A DNA stretch of 64,000 bases from assembly GCA_038330045.1 (NCBI GenBank), contig JBBQNO010000002.1:21635-85634 (forward strand), given 5' to 3'. The stretch comes from Actinomycetales bacterium (GTDB taxonomy: Bacteria > Actinomycetota > Actinomycetes > Actinomycetales > Dermatophilaceae). Below are positions 18,809 to 28,247 of the stretch, piece by piece. The notes beneath the pieces were generated by a model that did no database searches, was not told the origin of the DNA, and saw nothing but the letters and a program-made list of their open reading frames with translations. Position numbers and translations under genes: made by a program. The stretch's first letter is position 1, and the number at the start of each line of letters is the position of its first letter.

Positions 18809-19351
18809 ATGCGCATGACAGAGATCAGTGTGCGCCGTCTCGGTGAAGCGGATTGGGAAGAGTATCGCCAGACGAGGCTGCGCGCCCTGACAGAGTCGCC
18901 AGAGGCTTTCGTGGCCTCGGTGGACGAAGAAACCGAGTATCCCGAGGAGCGTTGGCGGGATCGCATGCGGCGCTCCCAGCGTTTGTTGGCTGAGCGTGAC
19001 GGTCAAGCGATGGGTGTGGCCAGCGTTGGTTCGGAAAATACCCCCGACGAGACCGTAGGCGAACTGTTCGGTCTGTGGGTCTCTCCCGATGCCCGCGGCA
19101 GTGGCGTAGCTCGCCGACTGCTCGAAGCGGCAGCGCGCGCCGCACGTGAGACCGAGATGAAGCACTTGGTCTACTGGGTAGGCAGTGACAACGGTCGTGC
19201 CGTGGCTTTCGCAAGTAGTTTTGGCTTTCGCCCGACCGACAATCGCCGCCCGATGACGCTACGGGGCGACGTCGAGGACGAAGACGCCACCGAACTGGCG
19301 ATGGTGCTCCCGTTGGGCACATCGACGGGCGATATCCCCACCAGCCTTTAA
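18809..19351 (+). CDS. GNAT family N-acetyltransferase
   Basis: RLRALTESPEAF N-terminus and LWVSPDARGSGVARRLL acetyl-CoA binding motif A. Confidence 0.88.
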   Translation: MRMTEISVRRLGEADWEEYRQTRLRALTESPEAFVASVDEETEYPEERWRDRMRRSQRLLAERDGQAMGVASVGSENTPDETVGELFGLWVSPDARGSGVARRLLEAAARAARETEMKHLVYWVGSDNGRAVAFASSFGFRPTDNRRPMTLRGDVEDEDATELAMVLPLGTSTGDIPTSL

Positions 19352-19404
19352 ATTTCTTCGGTTCACGCGAAGGGCTAGGCGGAGGCCACCACGCCATTCG
19401 TGGC

Positions 19405-20073
19405 CTAGGGTCGAGCGGCTAGTTGCTCGATGTACTTGCTAGGACCGGAGACGATCATCATGTGGTGCTGGCCGACCTTGGTTTCGGGCAGTGCGTGCAT
19501 GAAGTCCTCACCTGGGGCTTTCACGCCAACCACCGTGACGCCATACCGCTTGCGGATGTCGGTCTCGCCCAGGGTGAAGCCAATCATTTCTTGAGCGGGC
19601 CGCATCTTGACGATCGCGTAGCCGTCTTCGAATTCGATGTAGCCCTCCATCTTGCCGTTGACCAAGTGGGCCACCCGACCACCGGACTCGGCCTCCGGGA
19701 AGATCACGTGGTGCACGCCGATCCGCTCCAGCAGTCGAGCGTGTTCGGCGCTGACGGCCTTGGCCCAGATCGACGGAATCCCGAGATCGACGAGGTTGCC
19801 GACCGTGAGCAGCGAGCCCTCGATTGAGGTGCCGATGCCAACCACGGCGACTCGGAAATCCCGCGGCTTGGCGGTCCGCAACTCCTCCGGGTTGGTCGCA
19901 TCAATGGTCTGCACCCGCATCAATTTGCGGGCGTACCGCTCGGCGACGTTCCCATCAATCTCGATGGCATGGACGCGATAGCCGAGTCGATCCATCTCGA
20001 GCGCGGCCGCTGCGCCGAATCGGCCCAACCCGATAACCAGCACGTTTTCGTCGAACAATTGATGCTTGGCCAT
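19405..20073 (-). CDS. trkA: TrkA/KtrA family potassium uptake regulatory subunit
   Basis: VIGLGRFG Rossmann RCK-N, IWAKA, and RCK-C domain (IRKRYGVTVVGVK). Likely start is ATG 20073. Confidence 0.9.
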   Translation of the reverse strand: MAKHQLFDENVLVIGLGRFGAAAALEMDRLGYRVHAIEIDGNVAERYARKLMRVQTIDATNPEELRTAKPRDFRVAVVGIGTSIEGSLLTVGNLVDLGIPSIWAKAVSAEHARLLERIGVHHVIFPEAESGGRVAHLVNGKMEGYIEFEDGYAIVKMRPAQEMIGFTLGETDIRKRYGVTVVGVKAPGEDFMHALPETKVGQHHMMIVSGPSKYIEQLAARP

Positions 20074-20136
20074 CTGGTGCATCCCTTTCGTTGTGGTGCG
20101 GTGCGGTGAGGTGTGGTTCTCGGCTAGCGTGCCACC

Positions 20137-21324
20137 ATGATCGCGGCACATGTTGTCAAGGACCAACGTTTCATGGCGTACGACTTTGGACCCGGGCACC
20201 CCATGCACCCCATTCGGTTAGATCTGACCTACCGTCTGAGCGCCGAGTTGGGGTTGCTCGACCACCAGAATGTGGCTCTTCACGAAGCCCACGTGGCCGA
20301 GCGGGCGATGCTGTCGACGGTGCATACGGATGAGCTGATCGACACGGTCCAGGCGTTGTCGGCGGACCCGAGCCTGGCTACCGGTCACTGCGGCATCGGT
20401 ACTGCAGACACTCCGGCCTTCGCAGGTATGCACGAGGCGAGCGCGTTGGCGGTCGGAGCAACGGTCGAAGCCTGCCGGGCCGTGTGGCAGGGGCGCGCTG
20501 AACACGCCGTCAACATCGCTGGCGGCTTACATCACGCCATGGCCGGCAAGGTCTCCGGGTTTTGTGTCTACAACGACGTGGCGGTCGGCATAAACGATCT
20601 GCTGGCGGCCGGTGCCGAGCGGGTGGCCTACATCGACCTTGACGTCCATCACGGTGACGGTGTCGAGGCGGCATTCTGGAATGACCCTCGGGTGCTGACC
20701 GTGTCGTTGCACCAAAGCGGCACGTCGCTGTTCCCGGGCACAGGCTTCCCTCGGGACACCGGTGGCCCGAAGGCTCTCGAGAGCGCTGTCAACGTGGCTT
20801 TGCCGCCGGGGACGGACGACTGTGGTTGGCTGCGGGCCTATCAGGCCGTCGTCCCGGCGGTGGTTGAGGCATTCGCCCCGCAGATCATCGTGAGCCAGCA
20901 CGGGTGTGATTCCCACCAATCCGACCCGCTGGCTCACTTGAATCTCAGCATCGACGGGATGCACGCGGTGTACCAGTGGGTGCACGAACTGGCGCACCGA
21001 GTCAGCGACGGACGATGGGTAGCCCTCGGCGGAGGCGGCTACGAGGTGATCAACGTGGTGCCGCGCGCCTGGTCGCATCTCATCGCCATCGCAAGCCACC
21101 GTCCGGTGTCGCTGACCGAGCCCACCCCGCAGGCATGGCGTGAACAGGTGACGCAGCTTTGCTCGACCCAGGCACCTAAGTCTATGGGCGATCGCGGGGG
21201 AGCGAGTATCAGTTACGGCTCCTGGGCGGACGGCTATCACCCGGAAGACCCGCTCGATGCGGCCGTCATGGCTACGCGGATAGCTGTCTTTCCCGGTTTG
21301 GGCTTAGATCCCTACTTTGACTGA
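20137..21324 (+). CDS. acuC: Acetoin utilization protein AcuC (Zn-dependent deacetylase, HDAC family)
   Basis: GPGHPMHPIRL, GGLHHA, GFCVYND, DLDVHHGDG, FPGTG, QHGCDSH, LGGGGY. Confidence 0.93.
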   Translation: MIAAHVVKDQRFMAYDFGPGHPMHPIRLDLTYRLSAELGLLDHQNVALHEAHVAERAMLSTVHTDELIDTVQALSADPSLATGHCGIGTADTPAFAGMHEASALAVGATVEACRAVWQGRAEHAVNIAGGLHHAMAGKVSGFCVYNDVAVGINDLLAAGAERVAYIDLDVHHGDGVEAAFWNDPRVLTVSLHQSGTSLFPGTGFPRDTGGPKALESAVNVALPPGTDDCGWLRAYQAVVPAVVEAFAPQIIVSQHGCDSHQSDPLAHLNLSIDGMHAVYQWVHELAHRVSDGRWVALGGGGYEVINVVPRAWSHLIAIASHRPVSLTEPTPQAWREQVTQLCSTQAPKSMGDRGGASISYGSWADGYHPEDPLDAAVMATRIAVFPGLGLDPYFD

Positions 21325-21441
21325 GTCACTGACAGGCGTCCTGACCCTCGGTGCGGTTGGGCCTGACGTAGGAGCCAGGTAGGCTGACGCCCTCCGCATC
21401 GAAAGTCCGGTGCGTCCCCACACGAAAGACTCGGTTAATTC

Positions 21442-21540
21442 ATGGGCTCAGTGATCAAGAAGCGCCGCAAGCGGATGGCAAAGAAGAAGCACCGCAAACT
21501 GCTGCGCAAAACGCGTCACCAGCGTCGCAACAAGAAGTAG
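21442..21540 (+). CDS. 30S ribosomal protein bS22 (AURKAIP1/COX24-like), absent from the ORF track
   Basis: Manual translation gives [32 protein letters not shown], 32 aa. Confidence 0.95.
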   Translation: MGSVIKKRRKRMAKKKHRKLLRKTRHQRRNKK

Positions 21541-21567
21541 CGACCGAGCCCGACGCGGATCATTCCC

Positions 21568-21894
21568 ATGCCTACTCCGTTTCATGAGGCTGGTGCGGAA
21601 GTGGCGCACGCCCTGCCAGTGGTTGACGAACGTGGATGGGCCGTTCGTATCAGCGTATTGACCCGCGTCGGGTGTCACCTTTGCGAACGCGCTTTGGCGC
21701 TGATCGCCGACGTCGCGCTTCCGGCACATGTGGGCTACGCGGCCATCGACGTGGACGCTCAAGAAGCGTCGTTGAGCGCGAACCTCATTGCGAGGTATGG
21801 CGACCACCTGCCCGTGACGTTTGTCGACGGCCAAGCCCACGACTACTGGTCTGTGGACCGCGTACGTCTTGAGCACGCCCTAGGCCTCGACTGA
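21568..21894 (+). CDS. Glutaredoxin-like protein (DUF836 type)
   Basis: TRVGCHLCE CxxC motif and YGDHLPVTFVDG..HDYW. Real start may lie further downstream. Confidence 0.8.
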   Translation: MPTPFHEAGAEVAHALPVVDERGWAVRISVLTRVGCHLCERALALIADVALPAHVGYAAIDVDAQEASLSANLIARYGDHLPVTFVDGQAHDYWSVDRVRLEHALGLD

Positions 21895-21936
21895 ACCGCA
21901 CCTGCGCCGTCGGCTGCGCAAAGTCCTTCGATGACT

Positions 21937-21954
21937 TTGTGCATTCGTTCACAA
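21937..21954. promoter_or_regulatory. Rex operator (ROP)
   Basis: TTGTGCA-TTCG-TTCACAA, extended by gact/agtc arms. Matches the TTGTGAA-N4-TTCACAA consensus and lies upstream of rex-hemA. Confidence 0.88.
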
Positions 21955-22032
21955 AGTCCTATCCTTGGAGTCAATGGTCCCCCACGCTAACCGCTGTGGG
22001 TCTGGACGGACGCGAGAGGAGTTGGTGCTGCG

Positions 22033-22710
22033 ATGAGTGCAGAACCGACACGTCGCGAAGTGCCCGGCGCAAGCGTGGCCCGCCTGCCTGCATACCGCAG
22101 AGCTCTGATGGCGATGTCCGAAGAGGGCGCTGTGCGCGTTTCGTCCGCCGAACTGGCTGCAGCATCAGGGGTGCAGCCAGCACAACTGCGCAAAGACTTG
22201 TCGCACCTAGGTTCTTATGGCGTGCGGGGGGTCGGGTACGACGTGGCGGACCTCACGGCGCAGATCACCGCCGAGCTCGGCCTGTTGACCGACTGGCCGG
22301 TCGTCATCGTGGGAATGGGCCATCTGGGCCGTGCCTTGGTCGCCTTCCGCGGCTTCTCTCGACGCGGATTCCACATCGTGGCGCTCGTCGACGACAACCC
22401 TGACATCGTGGGCGAAGTCATTGACGGCGTGCGGGTGCAGTCCCTTGACGATTTTGTCGCCTCGGGGACCAACGTCGACTTCGGTGTCATCACCACGCCC
22501 GCCCCTAGCGCCAATCATGTTGCTACCGTCCTGGTCGACCTTGGAGTGCACTCAATCTTGAACTTCGCCGCCATCAAACTGAACGTCCCGAGCAACGTGG
22601 TGGTGCGACGCGTCGACCTCTCGAGCGACCTCGAGATCCTGGCTTTCCACGCCCAGCGCCGATGCGCTGATGAGCAGGCGGCGCTCGCTCACCGGGAAGC
22701 AACGTCATGA
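22033..22710 (+). CDS. rex: Redox-sensing transcriptional repressor Rex
   Basis: VARLPAY, SSAELA, QLRKDLSHLGSYGVRGVGY, VGMGHLG, ILNFA. Confidence 0.96.
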   Translation: MSAEPTRREVPGASVARLPAYRRALMAMSEEGAVRVSSAELAAASGVQPAQLRKDLSHLGSYGVRGVGYDVADLTAQITAELGLLTDWPVVIVGMGHLGRALVAFRGFSRRGFHIVALVDDNPDIVGEVIDGVRVQSLDDFVASGTNVDFGVITTPAPSANHVATVLVDLGVHSILNFAAIKLNVPSNVVVRRVDLSSDLEILAFHAQRRCADEQAALAHREATS

Positions 22711-24035
22711 GTTTGGTCGTGGTCGGCCTGTCGCACACCAGTGCCTCAATGGAGCTCCTAGAACAGATCGCTCTGCGACCTGACAGCGTCGATGAATTGC
22801 GCGCCGCGGTCATCGCCAGCGAAGAGATCGCCGAGTCGATGGTGCTGTCGACCTGCAACCGGGTCGAGATAGTTGTCGAGGCCGAGCGCTTCCACGGCGC
22901 TGTGAGCGACATCGGGGCGGCCTTAGCCCACGCTGGCGGCGTCCCGACCGAAGAGCTCACCGAGCACCTCTACGTGTACTACGACGAGCGAGCCGTGCAC
23001 CACGTCTTCGCCACCGTCTGCGGATTGAACTCCATGGCCCAAGGTGAGCCGCAGATCGTGGGGCAAATGCGGGGGGCTCTCGCCCAGGCTCAGGCTGACG
23101 GATCGGTCGGAGCGCGCCTGAATCCCTTGTTGCAGCACGCTTTGAGGGTCGGCAAGCGTGCTCACACCGAAACCGACTTGGACTCGGTCGCGCGTTCTTT
23201 GGTGGAGCGAGGACTGGACCGGGTGGCTGTTGATCTCCCACCGCTGAACCAAGCCCGGGTGGTCATCATCGGGGCCGGTGCCATGGCGGCGGTCTCCGTG
23301 GTGGCGGTGCGCAACGCTGGTGCCGACGACGTGATCATTTTCAGCCGCGACATCATCAAGGGGCAGGCCCTGGCGCAGCGACACGACGTGCAGTACGCGC
23401 CCTTGGCCGACCTCGAATCGGTCATGGGCCGCGCTGACCTCGTCATTTCCTGCACGGGGGCCACCACGCCTGTGGTCACCAGGGCGACGCTCGCCTCGAG
23501 CCGCTCGGATGTGAACGATGCCTCGCCTCTGGCCTTCATCGATCTTTCGCTGCCCGCGGACGTCGAGCCTTCCGTTACCACCATGGCGGGCGTCAGCCGA
23601 TTGGGTCTTGCGGACCTTCAGGCTGCCGACAGCGACAGTGGCCTGAGTCCGCACGCCGCCCAGGTGTTGAGCGAGGTGAGCGACCTAGTCACCAGCGAGG
23701 TCGCGGCATACGCGGTGGGTCGGCGAGGAGCAGCAGTTGCGCCGACGGTGGTTGCCGTGCGCACCCGAGCTGGTGCCGTGGTCAGTGCAGAAATGGACCG
23801 CTTGGCGCGCCGCCTCCCACACCTTGACGAAGACTCCCGCGAGGAAGTCGAAAAGGCCATGTCACGCGTCGTCGACAAGTTGCTGCACACCCCGACCGTG
23901 CGCGCCAAAGAACTGCATCGTCTCGATACCCCCCACGACTACGCGGCTGTGCTGCACGAACTATTCGACCTCGATCCGCGGGACACACTGAACGTCGGGG
24001 CCCCACCGTCAATCCCAACCGGTGATTCCCGATGA
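22707..24035 (+). CDS. hemA: Glutamyl-tRNA reductase
   Basis: VGLSHTSA, LSTCNRVE, GEPQIVGQ, IGAGAM, KLLHTPT. Confidence 0.95.
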   Translation: MSLVVVGLSHTSASMELLEQIALRPDSVDELRAAVIASEEIAESMVLSTCNRVEIVVEAERFHGAVSDIGAALAHAGGVPTEELTEHLYVYYDERAVHHVFATVCGLNSMAQGEPQIVGQMRGALAQAQADGSVGARLNPLLQHALRVGKRAHTETDLDSVARSLVERGLDRVAVDLPPLNQARVVIIGAGAMAAVSVVAVRNAGADDVIIFSRDIIKGQALAQRHDVQYAPLADLESVMGRADLVISCTGATTPVVTRATLASSRSDVNDASPLAFIDLSLPADVEPSVTTMAGVSRLGLADLQAADSDSGLSPHAAQVLSEVSDLVTSEVAAYAVGRRGAAVAPTVVAVRTRAGAVVSAEMDRLARRLPHLDEDSREEVEKAMSRVVDKLLHTPTVRAKELHRLDTPHDYAAVLHELFDLDPRDTLNVGAPPSIPTGDSR

Positions 24036-25009
24036 AGCTCGGCACCCGAGCCAGCGCGCTGGCGAGCACTCAAGCCCGGTGGGTAGCAGACGAGTTGCGG
24101 GCCCGCGGCGTTGACGTCGAGATCGTCCATGTCCAGACCGAAGGGGATCGCAGCAGCGCGCCGCTGACTCAGATCGGCGGCAACGGAGTGTTCGCCTCCG
24201 CACTGCGGACAGCGTTGCGCTCAGGAGATATCGATTGCGCGGTCCACTGTCTCAAGGACCTCCCGGTAGCCGCCGAGGATGGTCTGGCAATTGCGGCAAT
24301 CCCCACCCGCGAGGATCCCCGAGACGTGCTCATCAGCTCTGGTCACCGCCGACTCGAAGACTTGCCGCAGGGATCCACCATCGGCACAGGCTCGCCGCGT
24401 CGCGCTGAGCAGTTGGCAACCCTCGCGCCACACGTGAAGGTCGTAGACATTCGCGGCAACGTCGGAACCCGCATCGACAAGGTCACCCGTGGTGACGTCA
24501 GCGCTATCGTGCTGGCCGCTGCGGGGCTGGCTCGGCTGGGGAGGATGGATGAAGTCACTCAGGTATTCGAGGTGGACGCGATGCTCCCGGCTGCGGGCCA
24601 GGCCGCGTTGGCCATTGAGTGCCGCGACGTCGAGGGTCGCGACGTGCAGGGCCTGGATGTGTCGAGCCCGGATGTGCAGGGGCACGTAGCAGGCGTCGGA
24701 CCCATCGGCGACGAAGATGTTTATGCGGCGTGCGCTGTGCTCGACGACTCGGTCACTAGGGCCTGCGTCACTGCCGAGCGGGCCATGCTCGCCACGCTAG
24801 AAGCCGGGTGCACCGCGCCGGTCGGTGCCTACGCCCGCGCGCTGGGGCAGGGGTATCACCTAACCGGCTGGGCCGCCGGTAGTCATGCGCGTGCCACCGC
24901 CAGCGCGGCCGGGGACGACCCGATCTCGCTGGGGCAGCACGTCGCCGAATTGTTGTTGAACGAGATTTCCCCGCCGTCATCGATCCTGAAAATGGAGCGT
25001 GAATCGTGA
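24032..25009 (+). CDS. hemC: Hydroxymethylbilane synthase (porphobilinogen deaminase)
   Basis: LGTRASALASTQ, TEGD, AVHCLKDLP, GTGSPRR, IRGNVGTR, LEAGCTAPVG. Confidence 0.95.
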   Translation: MKLGTRASALASTQARWVADELRARGVDVEIVHVQTEGDRSSAPLTQIGGNGVFASALRTALRSGDIDCAVHCLKDLPVAAEDGLAIAAIPTREDPRDVLISSGHRRLEDLPQGSTIGTGSPRRAEQLATLAPHVKVVDIRGNVGTRIDKVTRGDVSAIVLAAAGLARLGRMDEVTQVFEVDAMLPAAGQAALAIECRDVEGRDVQGLDVSSPDVQGHVAGVGPIGDEDVYAACAVLDDSVTRACVTAERAMLATLEAGCTAPVGAYARALGQGYHLTGWAAGSHARATASAAGDDPISLGQHVAELLLNEISPPSSILKMERES

Positions 25010-26661
25010 GCACACACGCATATGTTGTTGCCCCATCCACCGGCAAAGCGCGAACCGCCCGAGTGGCTTTTGTTGGCGCTGGCCCAGGAGACCCCGGTCT
25101 TCTGACGGTCCGCGCTCGAGACTACGTAGCGGCCGCCGACGTGATCGTGCTCGACGCTCCGCACATGGCTGAGCAAGTGCGCTCCTACGCTCGCCCCGAC
25201 GTGGAGTTTGTTGACGGGTCGCGAGCAACCTCTGGCCGAGGAATCACCGTGGCCTCACGCGCCAAGCTCGTGGTCAAGACGGCGACCAAACGGGCCGACC
25301 CTTCGGTGCTGGTGGTGCGCCTTATGGACGGCGACCCGAGCGCCTTCAGCGGTTTGACAGCCGAAGCCACGGCCTGCAGCAAGGCGGGCGTGCCGTTTGA
25401 GATCGTGCCCGGTGTGAGCACCGCCTGGTCTGTCCCGATGTATGCCGGGGTTCCGTTGTCGGGCAACTCCTCGAGTCACGAACTGCACATGATCGACGGA
25501 GCGGACCGCAAGGTCGACTACAGTCTGTCGATCTCCGACGCAGTCACGGTCGTGGTGATCGGCGAAAGCGTCAACTTGCGCCGTGCGCTGGCTGGCTTGC
25601 TCGACGCCGGACGGGACCCGGAGACGTCGGTTGCGCTGACTGAGCACGGTACCTTGGTCACGCAGCACACCGAGGTGAGTTCCTTGGCGGAAGCCCTCGT
25701 CGCTCTTGATGATGGCCACGCCGCAGAAGCCAGCGTCGCCGTTGTCGGTGCCCAGGTGGACCTGCGTGATGACCTGTCCTGGTACGAAACCAAGCCGTTG
25801 TTCGGCTGGAACATTCTTGTTCCGCGCACCAAGGATCAGGCCGATTCGATGGTGGATCGTTTGTCCTCGCACGGAGCCACCGCAAGCGTGGTGCCGACGA
25901 TCAGTGTCGAGCCGCCGCGGACGCCGCTGCAGATGGATAAAGCCATCAAGGGTTTGGTGACCGGGCGCTACGAGTGGGTTGGGTTCACCTCGGTCAACGC
26001 GGTCCGGGCCGTTCGCGAGAAGTTCGCGGCGGTGGGGTTGGACGCTCGGGCCTTTTCCGGGCTGAAGATCGCGGCAGTCGGTGGGGTGACCGCCGAAGCA
26101 TTGCGGGAATGGGGACTCATCCCCGACCTGATCCCCGAGTCGGATGAGTCTGCTCGCGGGTTGGCCGAGGTGTGGCCGCCCTACGACGAGTTGCTGGATC
26201 CCATCAACCGCGTGTTCCTGCCGCGTGCCGACATTGCGACCGATACGTTGGTGGCCGGTTTGCAGGAGATGGGCTGGGAGGTTGACGACGTGACGGCATA
26301 CCGCACGGTGCGCGCCAGCCCGCCGCCGATTGAGACCCGCGAAGCGATCAAGGGCGGCTACTACGACGCTGTGTGCTTCACGTCTTCCTCGACCGTCCGC
26401 AACCTCATCGGGATCGCCGGGAAACCGCACCCGAACACCGTCGTTGCCTGCATCGGTCCGGCGACGGCCAAGACGGCAGAGGAGCACGGGCTGGTCGTCG
26501 ACGTCATTTCGCCGAGCGCTTCGGCTGAGGTGCTCATCGATGCCCTGGCCGAGTATGCGGCGGAGTCGGCGGCGGTCGCAGCCGAGGCTGGGCAGGCGAC
26601 CGTGCGTCCCAGCCAGCGGCGTGCTGCAACGGGTCGTGGAGCCGCAAGGGTTCGTGCGTGA
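25006..26661 (+). CDS. hemD: Uroporphyrinogen-III methyltransferase-like domain fused to uroporphyrinogen-III synthase
   Basis: FVGAGPGDPGLLT and IVPGVS (SUMT-like), then PLFGWNILVPR, FTSVNAV, FTSSSTV and ACIGPAT (HemD). Confidence 0.92.
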   Translation: MSTHAYVVAPSTGKARTARVAFVGAGPGDPGLLTVRARDYVAAADVIVLDAPHMAEQVRSYARPDVEFVDGSRATSGRGITVASRAKLVVKTATKRADPSVLVVRLMDGDPSAFSGLTAEATACSKAGVPFEIVPGVSTAWSVPMYAGVPLSGNSSSHELHMIDGADRKVDYSLSISDAVTVVVIGESVNLRRALAGLLDAGRDPETSVALTEHGTLVTQHTEVSSLAEALVALDDGHAAEASVAVVGAQVDLRDDLSWYETKPLFGWNILVPRTKDQADSMVDRLSSHGATASVVPTISVEPPRTPLQMDKAIKGLVTGRYEWVGFTSVNAVRAVREKFAAVGLDARAFSGLKIAAVGGVTAEALREWGLIPDLIPESDESARGLAEVWPPYDELLDPINRVFLPRADIATDTLVAGLQEMGWEVDDVTAYRTVRASPPPIETREAIKGGYYDAVCFTSSSTVRNLIGIAGKPHPNTVVACIGPATAKTAEEHGLVVDVISPSASAEVLIDALAEYAAESAAVAAEAGQATVRPSQRRAATGRGAARVRA

Positions 26662-27647
26662 CCGAAGGTTTTCCCCAGGTCAGGCCCCGCAGGCTTCGCT
26701 CGGGCGTAGCGATGCGGTCGCTCGTGCGTCAGATCCGGACACATCCCAGCAACCTGGTGTTGCCGATGTTTGTCGCCGAGGCCAACAGGGAGCCGGTAGA
26801 GATCAGTTCTATGCCGGGCGTCTACCAGCACAGCATGGACTCCCTGCGCTCTGCTGCTGAGTCGGCGATCGCGCGCGGCGTCGGAGGGCTGATGCTGTTT
26901 GGGGTTCCGGCGGTGCGCGACGCCCAAGGCAGTGGTGGAGATGACCCGCGCGGGGTGCTCAACCGGGCCCTGGCCCTGTTGCGCAGCGACCTCGGCGACG
27001 ACGTCGTGCTGATGTCGGACGTGTGCCTCGACGAATTTACCGACCACGGACACTGTGGGGTGGTCGACGAGCAGGGACGGGTGGACAACGACGCCACGCT
27101 CTTGCGCTACGCCCAGATGGCGGGTGCTCAAGCCGAGGCTGGGGCCAGCGTGGTCGCGCCGTCGGGAATGATGGATGGCCAGGTGGGCGTGATCCGCCAG
27201 GCACTCGACACACAGGGGCGCAGCGACGTGGCCATCTTGGCGTACACGGCCAAATATGCCTCCGCCCACTACGGCCCGTTCCGTGAAGCGGTGAATTCGA
27301 CGCTGGTCGGTGACCGCAAGACGTACCAGCAAGACGGCGCTAACCGCAGGGAGGCCGTGCGCGAGTTGGCGCTCGACATCGCCGAGGGGGCGGACATGGT
27401 GATGGTGAAGCCCGCGTTGCCCTATTTGGACATTCTTAGCGACGTCTCCAGACAGAGCGATGTGCCGGTTGCGGCCTACCAAGTCTCCGGTGAGTACGCG
27501 CAGATCGAAGCAGCAGTGCGACAAGGATGGCTAGACCGTGAGAGCGTAGTGGCGGAGACATTGCAGTCAATCCGCCGCGCCGGGGCCGACTTTGTCCTCA
27601 CGTATTACGCGGAATACGCTGCCGGATTACTCGAGAGTGCGGAGTGA
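26658..27647 (+). CDS. hemB: Delta-aminolevulinic acid dehydratase
   Basis: DVCLDEFTDHGHCG, APSGMMDG, YGPFREA, MVMVKPALPYLD, YQVSGEY. Confidence 0.97.
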   Translation: MTEGFPQVRPRRLRSGVAMRSLVRQIRTHPSNLVLPMFVAEANREPVEISSMPGVYQHSMDSLRSAAESAIARGVGGLMLFGVPAVRDAQGSGGDDPRGVLNRALALLRSDLGDDVVLMSDVCLDEFTDHGHCGVVDEQGRVDNDATLLRYAQMAGAQAEAGASVVAPSGMMDGQVGVIRQALDTQGRSDVAILAYTAKYASAHYGPFREAVNSTLVGDRKTYQQDGANRREAVRELALDIAEGADMVMVKPALPYLDILSDVSRQSDVPVAAYQVSGEYAQIEAAVRQGWLDRESVVAETLQSIRRAGADFVLTYYAEYAAGLLESAE

Positions 27648-27651
27648 GTTA

Positions 27652-28203
27652 ATGATTACGCAGGAACGTGGAGACCTAGGTGTCGCCGTTGCGCAGGCGG
27701 GTGCCGCACCCACGGCTTCCCCAGAGGCCGAAGCGCGGTGGCTAGACGAGCCTGAGCAACGGGCCTGGCGCGCGTGGCTCCGCGGGTACCGCCTACTGAT
27801 GGTCGCCCTGGAGGAAGGCCTATCGGGCACGGGGGTCCGGATGGGCGAGTACGAGGTGCTGTCGATGCTCAGCGAAGCAACCGACGGGCGTATGCGTATG
27901 TCAGCGCTGGCCGACATGGTCGTGCAATCGCGAAGTCGCCTGACCCATACCGCCAAGCGACTTGAAGCATTGGGCATGGTGCGTCGCGAGCGGATCAGCG
28001 GCGACGGTCGCGGGGTCGAGGTCTCAGTAACTCCCGAAGGGTTTTCCCTCGTCGAACGGGTCGCCCCCGTGCACTTGCTGACGGTGCGTGAGCAGTTCCT
28101 GGATCAAATGTCACGCACCGAGTTGCTCCGGATGGGTGAAGTGATGCGGCGCGTCATCATTGCTTCACGCGAGCGGCCCGAGCAGGGGTCGGACGCGTTC
28201 TGA
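27652..28203 (+). CDS. MarR family transcriptional regulator
   Basis: WLDEPEQRAWRAW, EYEVLSMLSE, SRSRLTH, DGRG and APVH winged helix. Start estimated at ATG 27652. Confidence 0.88.
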   Translation: MITQERGDLGVAVAQAGAAPTASPEAEARWLDEPEQRAWRAWLRGYRLLMVALEEGLSGTGVRMGEYEVLSMLSEATDGRMRMSALADMVVQSRSRLTHTAKRLEALGMVRRERISGDGRGVEVSVTPEGFSLVERVAPVHLLTVREQFLDQMSRTELLRMGEVMRRVIIASRERPEQGSDAF

Positions 28204-28247
28204 GGCCGGATCACGACGACGTGTAGTGCAGTGTGAGACTTGTGCAT

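Noticed and set aside
25006-25780. Degenerate SAM-binding motif in the methyltransferase half of hemD (RLMDGDP instead of RLKGGDP)
   Set aside because: Such degeneration is common in actinobacterial SUMT-HemD fusions, so it is not unusual by itself.
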